From positions 12,276,001 through 12,340,000 of the forward strand of contig JBHGNT010000014.1 of NCBI GenBank assembly GCA_043228905.1: a stretch of 64,000 bases of DNA, written 5' to 3'. How positions within the stretch are numbered: position 1 is the stretch's first letter; the number at the start of each line of letters is the position of its first letter. The translations under genes and the position numbers were made by a program. The notes beneath the pieces were generated by a model. That model worked only from the letters and a program-made list of their open reading frames with translations. It did not search any database and was not told the origin of the DNA. Below are positions 13,081 to 25,500 of the stretch, piece after piece. This DNA is from Azolla caroliniana (Eukaryota > Plantae > Polypodiophyta).

Positions 13081-16000
13081 TGGTTTGCATGTATATGGGG
13101 CTGTTTTGAACATTGAGGAGCAATACCTTTTGAGTGAGAGATAAAGGGAGGAGGAGAAAAAGAGCATTAAGTTGTTTTTAAAAACTCGTCTATGCTACCA
13201 ACAATCCCATTTTGGGGTCTTATGCTATGGAGCATTGCTTTTGAGATGGAGAAAGATAGAGACATGGAGAAGAAGCAGAAGATGAAAGAATATACGGAAA
13301 AAGTTTCCCTTACTTTTGGAAACCCCATTTTTTCAAGGGCCCATGAGGCAATGTCAACACCAAAGGATTGTCTCTTTGTAGAGGAATAAGGCACAAGGCG
13401 GGAATGCCATCCAAAGAAAACATGGAGATATCTAGCAAGCTAGAAAGTTTCCCGGAAAGCAATTTATGTTTCACTTGCACATAACAAAAAATAATGATTA
13501 TGCCTTTACACACTTAAGATTGCAATGTCGTTTATGCATTGGGTGGGTTTACCAAGCTAACCACATGCAACTTGGCTTGGAGCAATTGCCAAATTGGTGT
13601 TATATTTTTTTGATGATTGGCACAATTTGTAATACAAGGTCAATACCATGATAACACTTAGTCTAGTTGCTTGGAAAGTTTGAATGTAGCCTTTGTATGC
13701 TTTGCTCTATCTTGCTTTCGATCACATGCTCGCATGTAAATTTATTATTTAAAAAAATTAACTATAGAAGTCCACCTAGCTTGTGAGCATTCCATCAATC
13801 CTCATCAGCAAGACATTGTCAAACTTACAACCTATAGCATGCATGGTCATGTCCCAAGGTTCAAGTGAGATCAACTTATCTTCGATCAATAAAGAATGAT
13901 GTTAAAGTAAACGACCTCTTATATGACAAGCATGACCATCCATACCCTAAAGTACCATAAATATGAACACACTTCGAAGCTTCAATATATGTGAAGTGCA
14001 TATCCACCTACAAAAACCAAATAGGATGATGCAATCTTCTCCTTGCAACTCATTTGATATCTAAATCAAATGTGAGATCTCTAATTTGTACAATAGTATA
14101 TGATATGAATATTACATATCTTAGATTAAATTATTCAAACCATCTATATGTCTCTCTCAAGCAAGCCATCAAAAGTACAACCAAATAACATTTGACCAAT
14201 GTTCAAATATCAATTCATTGACAAGGTGTCAATGTTTGTGCAATATAAGAACTACAACCTCTTGCATTTGCTTACACCTGATACATTTTCTTAATTATAA
14301 GCATTGTCTTTCAAATAGAAATTATTATCGTTTTCATTCCTCATCTTGTGGGAACATGTCAATATCAATTTTGAAAGCTATTTTTTGGAGCAATTCGTTG
14401 TTGTGCATGATCTCAAACTAAAAGAATGAAGACTTGTCGTGTTGAAGGGAACATCAAATCCATTGCTTGAGACGTGTACCCACAATGTTCACAACATTAA
14501 GCTTTACCATCATGTGTTATGCAATAGAACTTTAAAATTTTCAATAAGGTAACATTGTGTATCTATAAGCAATAATTTATGGGGAGGTTCAAACTCTCTT
14601 ATATTCTTAGTGCATTCATGTCGTGCTTTAGCATGACATAGCGTCTTGTCTTTGTCAAATATTATGTACATGCAATTAGCATGAAGTAACCTTCTCATCC
14701 TCATATTCTCATAAGCCTTTCCCCCATTGAGGCAATGCACATGGGCCATAATCAAAAGCATAATTGACATTGAAGTTCTTCCTCTTGTCACTTGTGAAAT
14801 CGCTCGTCTAAATTCAAAGTAAATTGTTTGACATATTTGTTTATACTTGAAATATGCATTTATTGGTGCTGTAGAAAAGATAACACAATCATTTTGATGG
14901 TTAGAAAGACCAAAATGTATGTAGGAACATGATCAAGTTAATATTTAACCATTGACACACAAACATGTAATTAACACACAATTAAATACTAATTTATTTC
15001 ATTTTTTGTGTGCTTATATTGAGCCAATAAAAAAAACTGGTGTCCAAACAAACAACCTTTGCCAAGGTTTTAGATAGTTTGAAATGATGATGCATGGATT
15101 GCTCCTTTTCTAAGTACCATTGTGGCCAACATCACATCCATTTATATGCTACAAATGTTGCTTTTGAAACTTGGTATTTTCTATTATTTTATGACATTAT
15201 TATAAGCTCTTTGCTCCTAGTTTTGTCACAGAAGCTTTTAGCAAAGCTTTTGTGAGCCCTTCATAGATGACATAAAATGAGGATTATCCCCACTTAATTA
15301 CAAGTTTACAAAAGATTTGAGAACAATCTTCACGAGAATGGGTCTGAAGAATGAAAACTATCAAGGTGTGCTCAAACCTCTAATTGACAATTTTAGGTAT
15401 AATGGTGTTACTTCTATGAATAGTTCAATGTACTTCCTTAAACATGATTGGTGAAATGATTACACATTTGAATTTGGAATCATGGATCCAAATGCTTATA
15501 AGGAATAGAAAATAGATAAAGATGCCTAATGTCTTAGAACGAGGCATTCTACATAAAACAAGAAATGGATTGTAATGAGGCCTACAATCAAACAAGGTAT
15601 GCATTACAAACAACTTGGAATTGTAACTCCTCTCAAGGAGAGTAGGTATTATTAAACCATGTCAAAATATTACATATATATCCTTGAAATACGCAAAGTT
15701 AATGCAACGAAGAAAGCTTCATTTATGAAATTAACGATGGTGAACGTGTATAATAAATAGTAGTCATGCACAAAAAAGCAACAAACATAGGGTTCCATAT
15801 GAATATGTGTCCTATGGTCAAGGTCATTATCCTCTTCCAATGACCAATCATGTATGGAGATATTTTTATACATATGATCAATGTCAAGGGTCAATTGTAA
15901 ATGCATTTTGTCATCAATAAACAAGAACAACGTACTACCTTCATACCAAAATGACTAACACGGTATAACATATGCCTCATCTACTATTCAAAGCCTGATT

Positions 16001-17052
16001 TCTTTTCTTCAATTTCTTGTGAAGTATTCATGGATAATGTGTGCATAAGGAAAACACATTTATAACGTAAGAAATTCCTTGATATATGCAACCATTACAA
16101 TATTATTGAGGTTAGCATGAAGATTCACAGATTTTTTGTGCATAAGTAAAATCACGTATGTAACATACATTTCTTTGATAGGTGTGTCTATCACGAAATC
16201 TCCTTGAATCCAATAGACACAATACATGGTGAGGCAAGAAAACTTGATTACATCATGCCAATAAGTGTGACTAGTTGTTGGAGTGAAGAGGCAATGTGGT
16301 CTAAACCAACTTCATTAATCGTCTTGTTTGTATTTTCATGTGTGCATGTTTACAAGTTTCCATTGGTTTGTATTGGAAATTTGAAAGTTGTAAGGTTCAT
16401 GGAATTTCTAAAATAGCCCTACAAGTAGAAGCCTAAAGCAAGGGCACTATGCATGAGCACTATATGACTATTTATGTTCCACAATCACATGCCAAAGAAC
16501 AAATTTATTCATCTCTAGAAATAGATACATGTCGATTATAATATTAATTAAGGGTTTGATTAATTGTTAAAAGATTATGTGCATAGATAAGGTTAGCTCA
16601 TGGATTCCCAATGAAGCATAGATAAAAAGACAAAATGTTCCTCAAAAGCATAGTTTTTTATTAATTAAATTGATCATGCAAGTAACTATTGTCGTCAACT
16701 AAATGTATTTTATTACTCTAAGATGGAATGCCACATGTCACTCATATAATTATGCCTTATGTCACTCAATGAGAGGTTACATACATCAAGATAAAACAAA
16801 AGAGGACATCTCAATACAATTCTTTGATTGTGTGATTACATGAGATGATGCATACTCATCAAACCATTATTATGATAATTATGCCAAAAATAGTGATTAA
16901 AATTCAAGGAATTGGAGAAAGCATATCTAGACATTTAGGTCATGATAGGAGAAGTCATGATTATGCATTAAAGTCTTGATAGAAGAAATAATATATAAAC
17001 ATTAAGTAATAAACTATTAAAGATCGTTCTTATTTGCATTGGTGCCCAAACA

Positions 17053-18273
17053 TGTTGGTACAAAGGATTTGAGGTTCACATTTGAATCTCTTGAGTCATG
17101 GCCTGTTTTGAGTGTTTACCCTGGACTAGAACTTAGTCACGAACACATTGAACGTACTCCTTACTGGAATACAATCCAAAGGTGTGGTCAAAGGGATGGT
17201 AATAATCCACGTATTCAATCCATCAATTTGGATAACAATTAACAATCAATAACAAACACTAATACACGCATAAGATTAGGCATTCAAGTACACGAGACAA
17301 CAAGCACACAAATCTTCCAAATATAATATATTACTTGCGCATTAGAAAACAATACAATCCAGATTCCTTATATAGGTATCCGGTTCTGAAACAAAACAGT
17401 GTTCATCTGAATCAATACATCTTTCCTGATCCGGCACCCATTAACATAATATCTCTTCGTATATACTAATATCCCGAATTATCCTAACTATATGGTTTCA
17501 CATTCTTTTTGGACTCTTGTCTTCCAGATCTGATCATCCTCGAACTCTTCCAAGATTTTTCGTATTTCATCCATTTGAACTTGAGCCATAACTTGAAAGT
17601 CTTCAGATAGCTCCTCCTAGATTGTGATGATGCTTTCTTCATCTATCTTATAAAAATGATATTCGGTTTTTGTCCTGTTCTCCGCATCCGCATTGAATAC
17701 TTGTAGTTTTGCTGCTTGCCCCGACCATTCCTTCCATATTGTAGTCGAACTTTCCTCAAGTTTTTCTTTCATCCATTTCCACTGGTTGTCTACAATTATC
17801 CGTATTCTTTTTATCCCCATCTCCGTTTTTTCTTCCATAGCCTACTTTTCCCGTTTTAGCTGCTTAATCTGTTGTGTCGTTGTTGTTGCTTGGACCTCAT
17901 ATGCCGCTAGTTGAGTTTGATACGTGGTCTATACCTTGTCAACACATCTTTGGATTGCTCAATCATCCGGTTCCGGTCTTCCAGCAGCTTCACCTTCTCC
18001 ATGTGGGATGATAATGATGATGTGCAACAGATGATGATGAATAGGACCCGCAGTAAGATGTACAACAAACAATACATATATGAAACAAGAGAGACAGAAG
18101 ATGAACACAACTTCAAAGCTTCAATGGAAGTTCTTATTCTCTCATTCTGCACCTCTTACACTCAGAGACACACTTTACAATGTTAGGTTAGAGCTTATAT
18201 ACTCAAGCCCTAGATAGAGGACGTGTCCACGCTATGGATACAAAGTGGAAGGAGTCGAGCTTTTATGGAAACA
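17053..18273 (-). mobile_element. Possible 3' LTR/terminal region of the decayed copia; left boundary uncertain
   Basis: On the minus strand a PPT (gggggagtt, 18274-18282) abuts TGTTTCC at 18273, with tatataag at ~18193-18200. A candidate terminus (plus-strand tgttgg) lies at 17053. No partner LTR to confirm. Confidence 0.4.
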
Positions 18274-21200
18274 AACTCCCCCGTAAAAGGGCTACTCTTT
18301 CCTATGTATACAAATGATTTGGCGTTATCTCCCCCGTGAACCTAGATTACAAATCTAATCTATAGTTTGTACAAGTATACATACGAGACTGTTGGCATTT
18401 AGCCTAATCTACAAAGGTAAAGTTTGGCTCTAGCCTTATTCGGCTAGTTATCCGGATCGGCTTGTCTGAGTCGGTTGGATTGACTAGTCTGAGTCGGTTT
18501 GTTCTCCCGCTTCTTGCTCTCTCTTGCTCCTGCGCTCCTCGTTGGAACCTCGATTTGTCTCCCGATTCGTTCGCCCTTCGATTGTCTCCTCTCCAATTGG
18601 CATCCTTGCTCGATGCTGCATCTTCAGCCTCTTGGCGTTCTGATTCTGTAGACTTTACCCTTTCATCTCGTTTGATTGGGCCAGTCTTCGACTTATAGTC
18701 TGCTCCTCGTTCGGCTCTCTTCTGCTCAGTCGCTTGTGGTAGTCCCATCATTGTCCGTGGTGCTCCGAAGCATTGTTCTAGGAGTGGCTTCGTCAGGCAA
18801 TCGACGATGTTCACCTCAATGTCGATCTTCCGGACTTGGAGCTTCTTCTCTATTATGAACTCCCGGATATGATGAAACCGCACCTCAATTTGTTTCTTCT
18901 TCGTGTGATATACTAGATTTTGAATGAGGTGCATTGCGATTTGAGAGTTGCAATGATGGTCGACGCTGGATGGTCGATTCAACTTGTAGTTGAAAAATCG
19001 ACAGACAATTGGTGCAACCTAATTGCTTTCTTCGTTGCCTCCGATGTTGTTATATACGCGGCCTCTGTGGTAGACAGGGCCGTGTACTCTTGAAGTTTAG
19101 ACTTCCATGATATGGTGCCTCCGCCATAGGTGAAGAGATAGTCTGATGTCGACTTTCGATTATCCGTATTTCTAGCATAGTTGGAGTCAGTATAACCTTC
19201 GACTTCGGTCCGCTTTGCCGATCCAAAAGTCAGATGTATGTCTTTGGTTCCTCTTAGATACCCGAAGATGTGCTTGATGGCCTCCCAATGCTTCCGTCCT
19301 GGGTTTGACATGTACCGGTTGACAACCCCTATGACATATGCAAGGTCGGGTTGGGTCGCCACCATAGCATACATGATACTTCCTATGGCTGATGCGTAGG
19401 GTATCTTTCCATTGAGCTCTCTCTCCTTATCCGTTGAAGGAGAGTCTCTGTCCGATAGTCGGATTGACGTCGAAAGCGGAGTCGATACTGGCTTCACATT
19501 CTCCAAATTGAAGCACCTCAACACCTTTCAAATGGAGTCAGATTGGAAATCCGAAGAGTCTTTGTCTTCCAATTACGCTCGATCCTCATGCCTAGTATGT
19601 GTCGGGCTTGTCCATGTTCCTTCAACGAACTTGTCATGAAGGCTTCTCTTTAGCTTTCCAATTTCGGCTTGATTGCTTCCTGCAATCAGCATGTCGTTGA
19701 CATATAGGATCAGATAGATTCGGGACTCGTCGGCCAATTGCTGAGTGTACATACAGGGTTCAGAGTCGGACCGGTGGTAGTCAAGTTGTTGAATGTAGGA
19801 GTCAAACTTCTAGTACCACATCCTCAGGGATTGTTTTAAGCCGTAAAGCCTTTTCTTTAGTCGACATACGAGGTGACTTTCATCCCCCGTCGCCGTGAAG
19901 CCTGTCGGTTGAGACATATAGATGTCTTCTTCCAAGTCTCCATGTAGGAATGTTGTCTTGACGTCCAATTGCTCAAGCTTTAGGTCTTCAGTCGTCACGA
20001 CCCCAAGGAGGAGCCAAAGGGTGGTCATCTTGACTATTGATGAGAATATCTTGTCATAGTCGACCACATGTTCTTGTCTGAATCCCTTTGTGATGAGCCG
20101 AGATTTGTATTTGGGTTTCTCCAAATCGGATACATATTTATGTCTGAAGACCCATTTGTAGGGCAACGACTTCCTTCCAACTGGTAGTTCAACCAGCTCC
20201 CATGTTTAATTCTGATGAATTGAGTTCATCTCGGATTTCATGGCTTGTAACCATGTCTTGGCGTCAGGTGTGGCAATTCCTTCCTCGTGGGAGCTTGGTT
20301 CATTTGCATCCGTGTAATTGACGTGGTTGAGGCCCGGTTGATAGAACTTTGTCAGCCTTCTGACTCGTTTGGATCTCCTGGGTGCCAAGTTGATTGGTAC
20401 AGATCCTTTTATTGGCTCTGTTGGCTGATTGGTATTAGTTGAACCTTCCTCAGGAGTCCTTCTAGATAACTCGTCCCTGCAATCAGATTTCGGTGATGTC
20501 GAGTCACCCTTTTTTGTCCCAAAAAGATTTCTTTCATTAGTATTAAGAAAAGCGCCGGAGGGCTACAAAAATGTAAAATCAGAGAGTATTATATCCTTAG
20601 CGAAATCATCAGAGTGAAGTCATTGCCGAATAGTATCCACAAGGCTTGATTCAAGCAGTGTGGGAAAAGAAATGGTCATGGAAAGGACCAGGGGTGATGA
20701 TATTTCCATAATGGTCCTTGAGAGGAGATTGTGAACAAAGGCAAATTCCTCCATAATTACAATATTTTTTTCAATTTCTTTAGAACAACCTCCGAAGAGC
20801 TTGGCATATTGTCATATTGCCCCCACACAACCGCCAATAACCTTCCCCATAATTTTGGCAATATATCCAAGAGGAGAGGAATTATGGAATCATATCATCA
20901 TTTACAACGATATTTCCATAATGTCCATAATGTAACTGTAGATACAACTTTTCATACATGTGCTGCACACATTTGCTTGCGAGGTTGTTGAAAAGGGGAG
21001 ACAATAATTAGATGTATGATGATGTCGAGTCATCCTCCCATTCTTCAGGATTGATTGACGGATTGGCCGGTGCCTTGGTCGGTTCAGTGCGACCTTTCGG
21101 TACCTTGGCCTGTTTGGGTGATTCGGTCATTTCGACTCTATCTCTTTCACCTATTGTCAATCTCTTAGTCGAATCTATTTTGACTAGTGGACCTCTTGCT

Positions 21201-21755
21201 AGTTCAGATTTGGTAGAGCAATCGTTGGCTTGGATTTCTTCAACTCTTTGTTGAATCGCTAGTTCGGCTTGGTGGGTCGGTCCTTCTACAACATCTATGT
21301 CGATTTCAAAGGAAACCTTTCTGTTGACTATGTTCAGTTGGTTCCACATAGAGAGAATTGAGTCTTCATTGAAGACTATGTCACTACTCCGTATCAGTTT
21401 CTGGTTCTTTGGGTCCCACAACCTGTAGCCGAATTCCTCATCAGTTCCATAACCGAGAAATATGCATTTTTTTGTATGGGGTGCCAACTTGGTCCTCTTC
21501 TCCCTGGGGATGAATGCATAGGCTTCACATCTGAATATACAAAGTCTGTCATAGGTCGGCTATTTGCCTTTACCATAGTGCTTGTGGCACTTCGAGTCCG
21601 ATTGCTTTCGATGATGATAGATTTATCAAGTATACTGTTGTCTGCAGTGCCTCGGCCCAAAATTCTAGCTTTAGTTTGGAGTGCTGGAGCATTGTTGTCA
21701 CCCTCTCTTGGATCATTTGGTTTATCCGTTCCACCACGCCATTCTGCATGGGTGT
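18274..21755 (-). mobile_element. Decayed Ty1/copia pol (integrase, RT, RNase H); interrupted by a LINE and cut at its 5' side by another LTR
   Basis: PMQNGVVER..FWAEA and KCIFLGY (IN); KWVF..YKSRL..QLDVKTTFLHG..LYGLKQ (RT); PYASAIGSIMYAM..STTEA..HHIRE (RH). Contains stops and frameshifts. Confidence 0.92.
20511..21019 (-). mobile_element. 5'-truncated L1-type LINE fragment with 17-bp TSD
   Basis: TSD tgatgtcgagtca(c/t)cct at 20494-20510 and 21020-21036; T-run at 20511-20515 (poly-A remnant). The minus strand reads TVTLWTLWKYRCK..YD..LWGRL..LWRNLPLF, like an L1 ORF2 C-terminus. Excising it restores the copia frame. Confidence 0.8.
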
Positions 21756-22226
21756 TGTTATGGGCATGACCATATAATATCCCGTGGTGAGAATGTACCG
21801 TAGTATTCTATACACGTGGATAAAGTGTGAGGGTTAAACGAGAGTGTAAAGAAGGGGAGGATTACTTTTAATCCTCGGGATTGATACAACCCATTAGGAC
21901 AAGTGTGAACTTGCTTGTGGGCCTTAGGTCTGGCTATAAATATGAGGCCTAGCTACCCTCTTTTCATCATCTATTGACTATGTCGAGACTCTGTTCTTGT
22001 GGTGGGTCAACTCTTGTAGCGAGCTCGCCAACACTAGGTACGACTCGGCGCCATGACGGTGGTATGGGACGCCGATCGAGGCTCGAGTCCGTCTTGATCC
22101 CTTCGGCTCGGGGGTGGTTGGGTGGATCGACACCCTTCTTTCTCTCTCTCCTTTCTTATAATCTATCTATGTTATCCTTATCATATGCTTACATTAAATC
22201 ATAGCTTTAATAGTTGGTATCAGAGC
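21756..22226 (+). mobile_element. 5' LTR (21756-22212) plus tRNA-iMet PBS of another element inserted in the copia integrase
   Basis: TGTTA..TAATA (decayed TAACA) ends, tataaat at ~21935, PBS tggtatcagagc at 22215-22226. Confidence 0.75.
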
Positions 22227-22567
22227 CATGTTTCTAATGTTTCGTTTGTTGATTGTTTTCTTTTGATGGATGGTGATGTGCGGTTAACTATGATTCATAA
22301 AGGCATTAACAAGCAAACTTTGGTAACTCTTTTTTTTTTTTTCTATTCTTTCTTCTCCCAATCTAATAATGTATAGTCAATATGTGTTTTCTTTCAATGA
22401 TTCAATGATGTTGTAGTGGTAATTAATTGGTTGTATAAAATGTTTACATATGTGTATGAGGTCAATACCTCATTTGATATATATTTGATATGTTATTCGT
22501 GTTGTATGCGTACGAGGTTAATAGCTCAATTGCGTATTACGTTCACATACATATGTTACGTATGCGT

Positions 22568-25500
22568 TGTCGTGGAGAAAACCGTCACTAGGCGGAAACG
22601 GGGTATAACATGCGTAAACCGGCCCTTACACGTGGGCACAAGTTTTGTTGTATAGTATGTAGGTAGGTGCAAGTCGCATGAGGCAAAATCCTAGGTAGTA
22701 TGCGCTCGGTAGGGAGGAAATCGAGGCGTATCCCTGTCCGAAAGGACAGGGAATAAAACATGATGTAACGAGTAGTAACGGCCTCCCTCCTTGGGTTATA
22801 AAAGAGAGGGAGAAGTGAGAGAAAGCTATCGTGTTTTTGGGAGCGAGGAGGAAGGGCTGTCGGATCGGGACCGAGCTCTCTCCTCCATCGTTTGACTTTC
22901 TCTGCAGGATTTCGGACTGTGTTGCCTCTACTTCGTGGACAACCCGTGTGCTTCCGACAGAGGCTCCACTGTGCAGTTGGGCTGAGTGTGTGCGTGAGCA
23001 TCGTGTGTATGTGGGTGTGTCCGCCTGGGTTGGTTCTGTCGCCGGCTTGCCAGTTGTAATCGTTGTCGATTGTAATTAAGACTTTGTTCTCTGTCTCTTT
23101 CCTCTGTGTTTCTGCAAGCTGCTCTCTCTCTCTCTCCCCTCTTTCTCACGCCCCTTGGTTCAAGGCCCCCGCGGTCCCGCCTCTTTCCGAACACGAAGAG
23201 CGTAACAACATGACATATTTGGTGAACCCGATGTGAACAGGCGGCAAAGGAGTGAAGGATGAGGGGATCCAAGCTTGCTGAAGCTATGGCCGTAGCCGTC
23301 GACCGGCTAGTGAGTGCTCGCAAGGGAACGGGTGCCCTCGACAGGGCCATTGAGTCGATCGTCAACACCATAGGTCGATTCGGTGGGAAGAATGCCACAA
23401 GCTAACTTGGAGGCCTACCGGGCTGAGAAATGATCATGAGGGATATCTCGGTGGATAGGCGGTTGTCCGGATTCCCTCGGGTAGTGACGCCGAGCATCCA
23501 CGCAGAGGTGCTCGAGGTGTTGGCCGGATGCCGGACTTGGGAGGAGTTTGAGCTGCAGCTCCTCAAGATGTATGGGTTCGATGACTCGCTTCGGCTGTCG
23601 AAGCGAGACTTCATGGCGTGGGTTGAGAGCCCAGGAAAGGGGAGAAACGCATCGGCGCTCCTCCAGGAGTTCGAGAAACGGTTCGCATGGCTGTCAACGC
23701 TGGACCGGACCGTGCTCGACACAAGCCGGGTACTACTGTTCGTCAAGGCGGTGGACGCCATGGACCGGGAGAAGGTGGGTCTCCTGTTGGAAACGGACGA
23801 AGGGCTCACGGTAGACTGGGCCATGGTAAGGAGGGTCTACGGTCGTTTCGACAAGCGGCGCGAGTGGAGCGATGAGGGCTCGTCGGCGGCAAGGCCGGTC
23901 TCGGCGAGGGAGCTCGAGGAGCCGGTCTCGGTACCGGCTAGGAAGGAAGAAACTCGGAGTTGGCTTGAGACGGGCTCAGCCCCGAGCGGAGTGGTCAAAG
24001 GTCCCTCCGGAGGCGCGGCTCTAGAAGAGCTGTCGCAGATGGTGCGAGATCTCCAAATCGCATAGGCCCGGAGGAACATCGGCGAACAGTCTCGTGACTG
24101 AAGGCCGTTGCCGGGGCAACGGTGCATGTGGTGCGATGCGGTCGGCCACATACGGAAAGAATGCGCGGATTTCGCAGAGGCACTCAGGACCAATGTGGTT
24201 TACCTCTGGAATGGGCGGGTGCAAGCGAGCGAGACCCGAAAAGCGCTAGAGTTGAATTCGGGGCGTGGCGGAATGAAGCGGTTGATGGAAGAGGCCGCGA
24301 CTTGACATGCAGAGGCTGTTAACTACTCGGCGTCAGAGGGAATCTGGGTTGGGGATGATGAGGCCCGGAAAGCAAAGGACTCTGGATTCTGGCCGCTGGT
24401 GCTAGAGGGTCTCCCTAGAGTACGGTTGAAGAAGGAAGAGGTAGACCACGCGGAACAACGGATCTGGGAGGTCACCGGATGGGACGACCCGGTGGAAGAA
24501 AAGACTGGCTTCGTGGCAACCGCATGCCAGAACTACGAGGTTCTGGTAGAAGACAAGCGCGCGGGAAAGGCCGGAGGGGCAGGCCCCTTGTAGCGGTACG
24601 AGACCCGGTTCGGGCCGAAGCCGAATGAGACCGTCAACGCCGGCGCACCGGAGAAGAAGAAGCAGGCCGGTTTCCGGCTGAGCACCGAAATCGAACGAAC
24701 GACGGACCTGCGGAAGGTCCTGGAAGAGAGAATTCTCGACAGCAAGGTTGAGTTGTCGTTACGGGAGGTGCTGAGAATCGCCAAGAAGGAGTTCCACGAC
24801 TCCATCGTGGACTTGGTTAAGCGGAAGAGGCTCTCGACGGAACCGGAACCTGAGAGGTCGGTGGAAGTGCGGACGACGCACTTAGAAGACACGGCCCTAG
24901 AGGATGAGTTGGCGGAAAGCCACTACGCGAAGCCACATTGGGCAAGGGCCACTACGGAAACCCCTGTTCGGATCAGCGACATCCAGGAGCTGGTGGTGGC
25001 ATTGGTAGACCACGGTTCGGAGATCAACCTGATGTCCATGGACTTCTATAAAAAGGGGAAATGGCCGATCAACACCAAGCACGGGTGGAAGATACGCACG
25101 ACGACGCGTGCTATAGAGGAGCTGCATGGTGCGTGCCCAAATGTACGTGTGAAGATCGGCGACGTCGAGATAGATCAACATTTCTTCGTGTAGGAGACTT
25201 CCTCGCACCCGGTAATTCTTGGCGAACCGTACATTACGGCAATGCACATGGAGACGAAAGTAATGGACAACGGTTCGGCGTATGTGCGCGTCAAGAGCCA
25301 AGACGGTCGACATTCCGTCCAATTCATGACAGTGCGACCCAACCACGAGCGAAACCGCGAGACCCTTGGCGGCGACAACAGAGGGGATTTTTAGAGAGGG
25401 CTATCAAGGTGTGGGGCCGCGATAGTCCGAACACCCTGGAAAAACCCCACAGATGTACTATAGGCAAAAACACATGTACCATGGGTAGAAAATTTTGGTT

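Noticed and set aside
13100-17000. Possible decayed DNA transposon (weak Ulp1-like VVCLDTSFF on the minus strand near 15040)
   Set aside because: Too many stops and no termini found; needs a translated profile search before any call.
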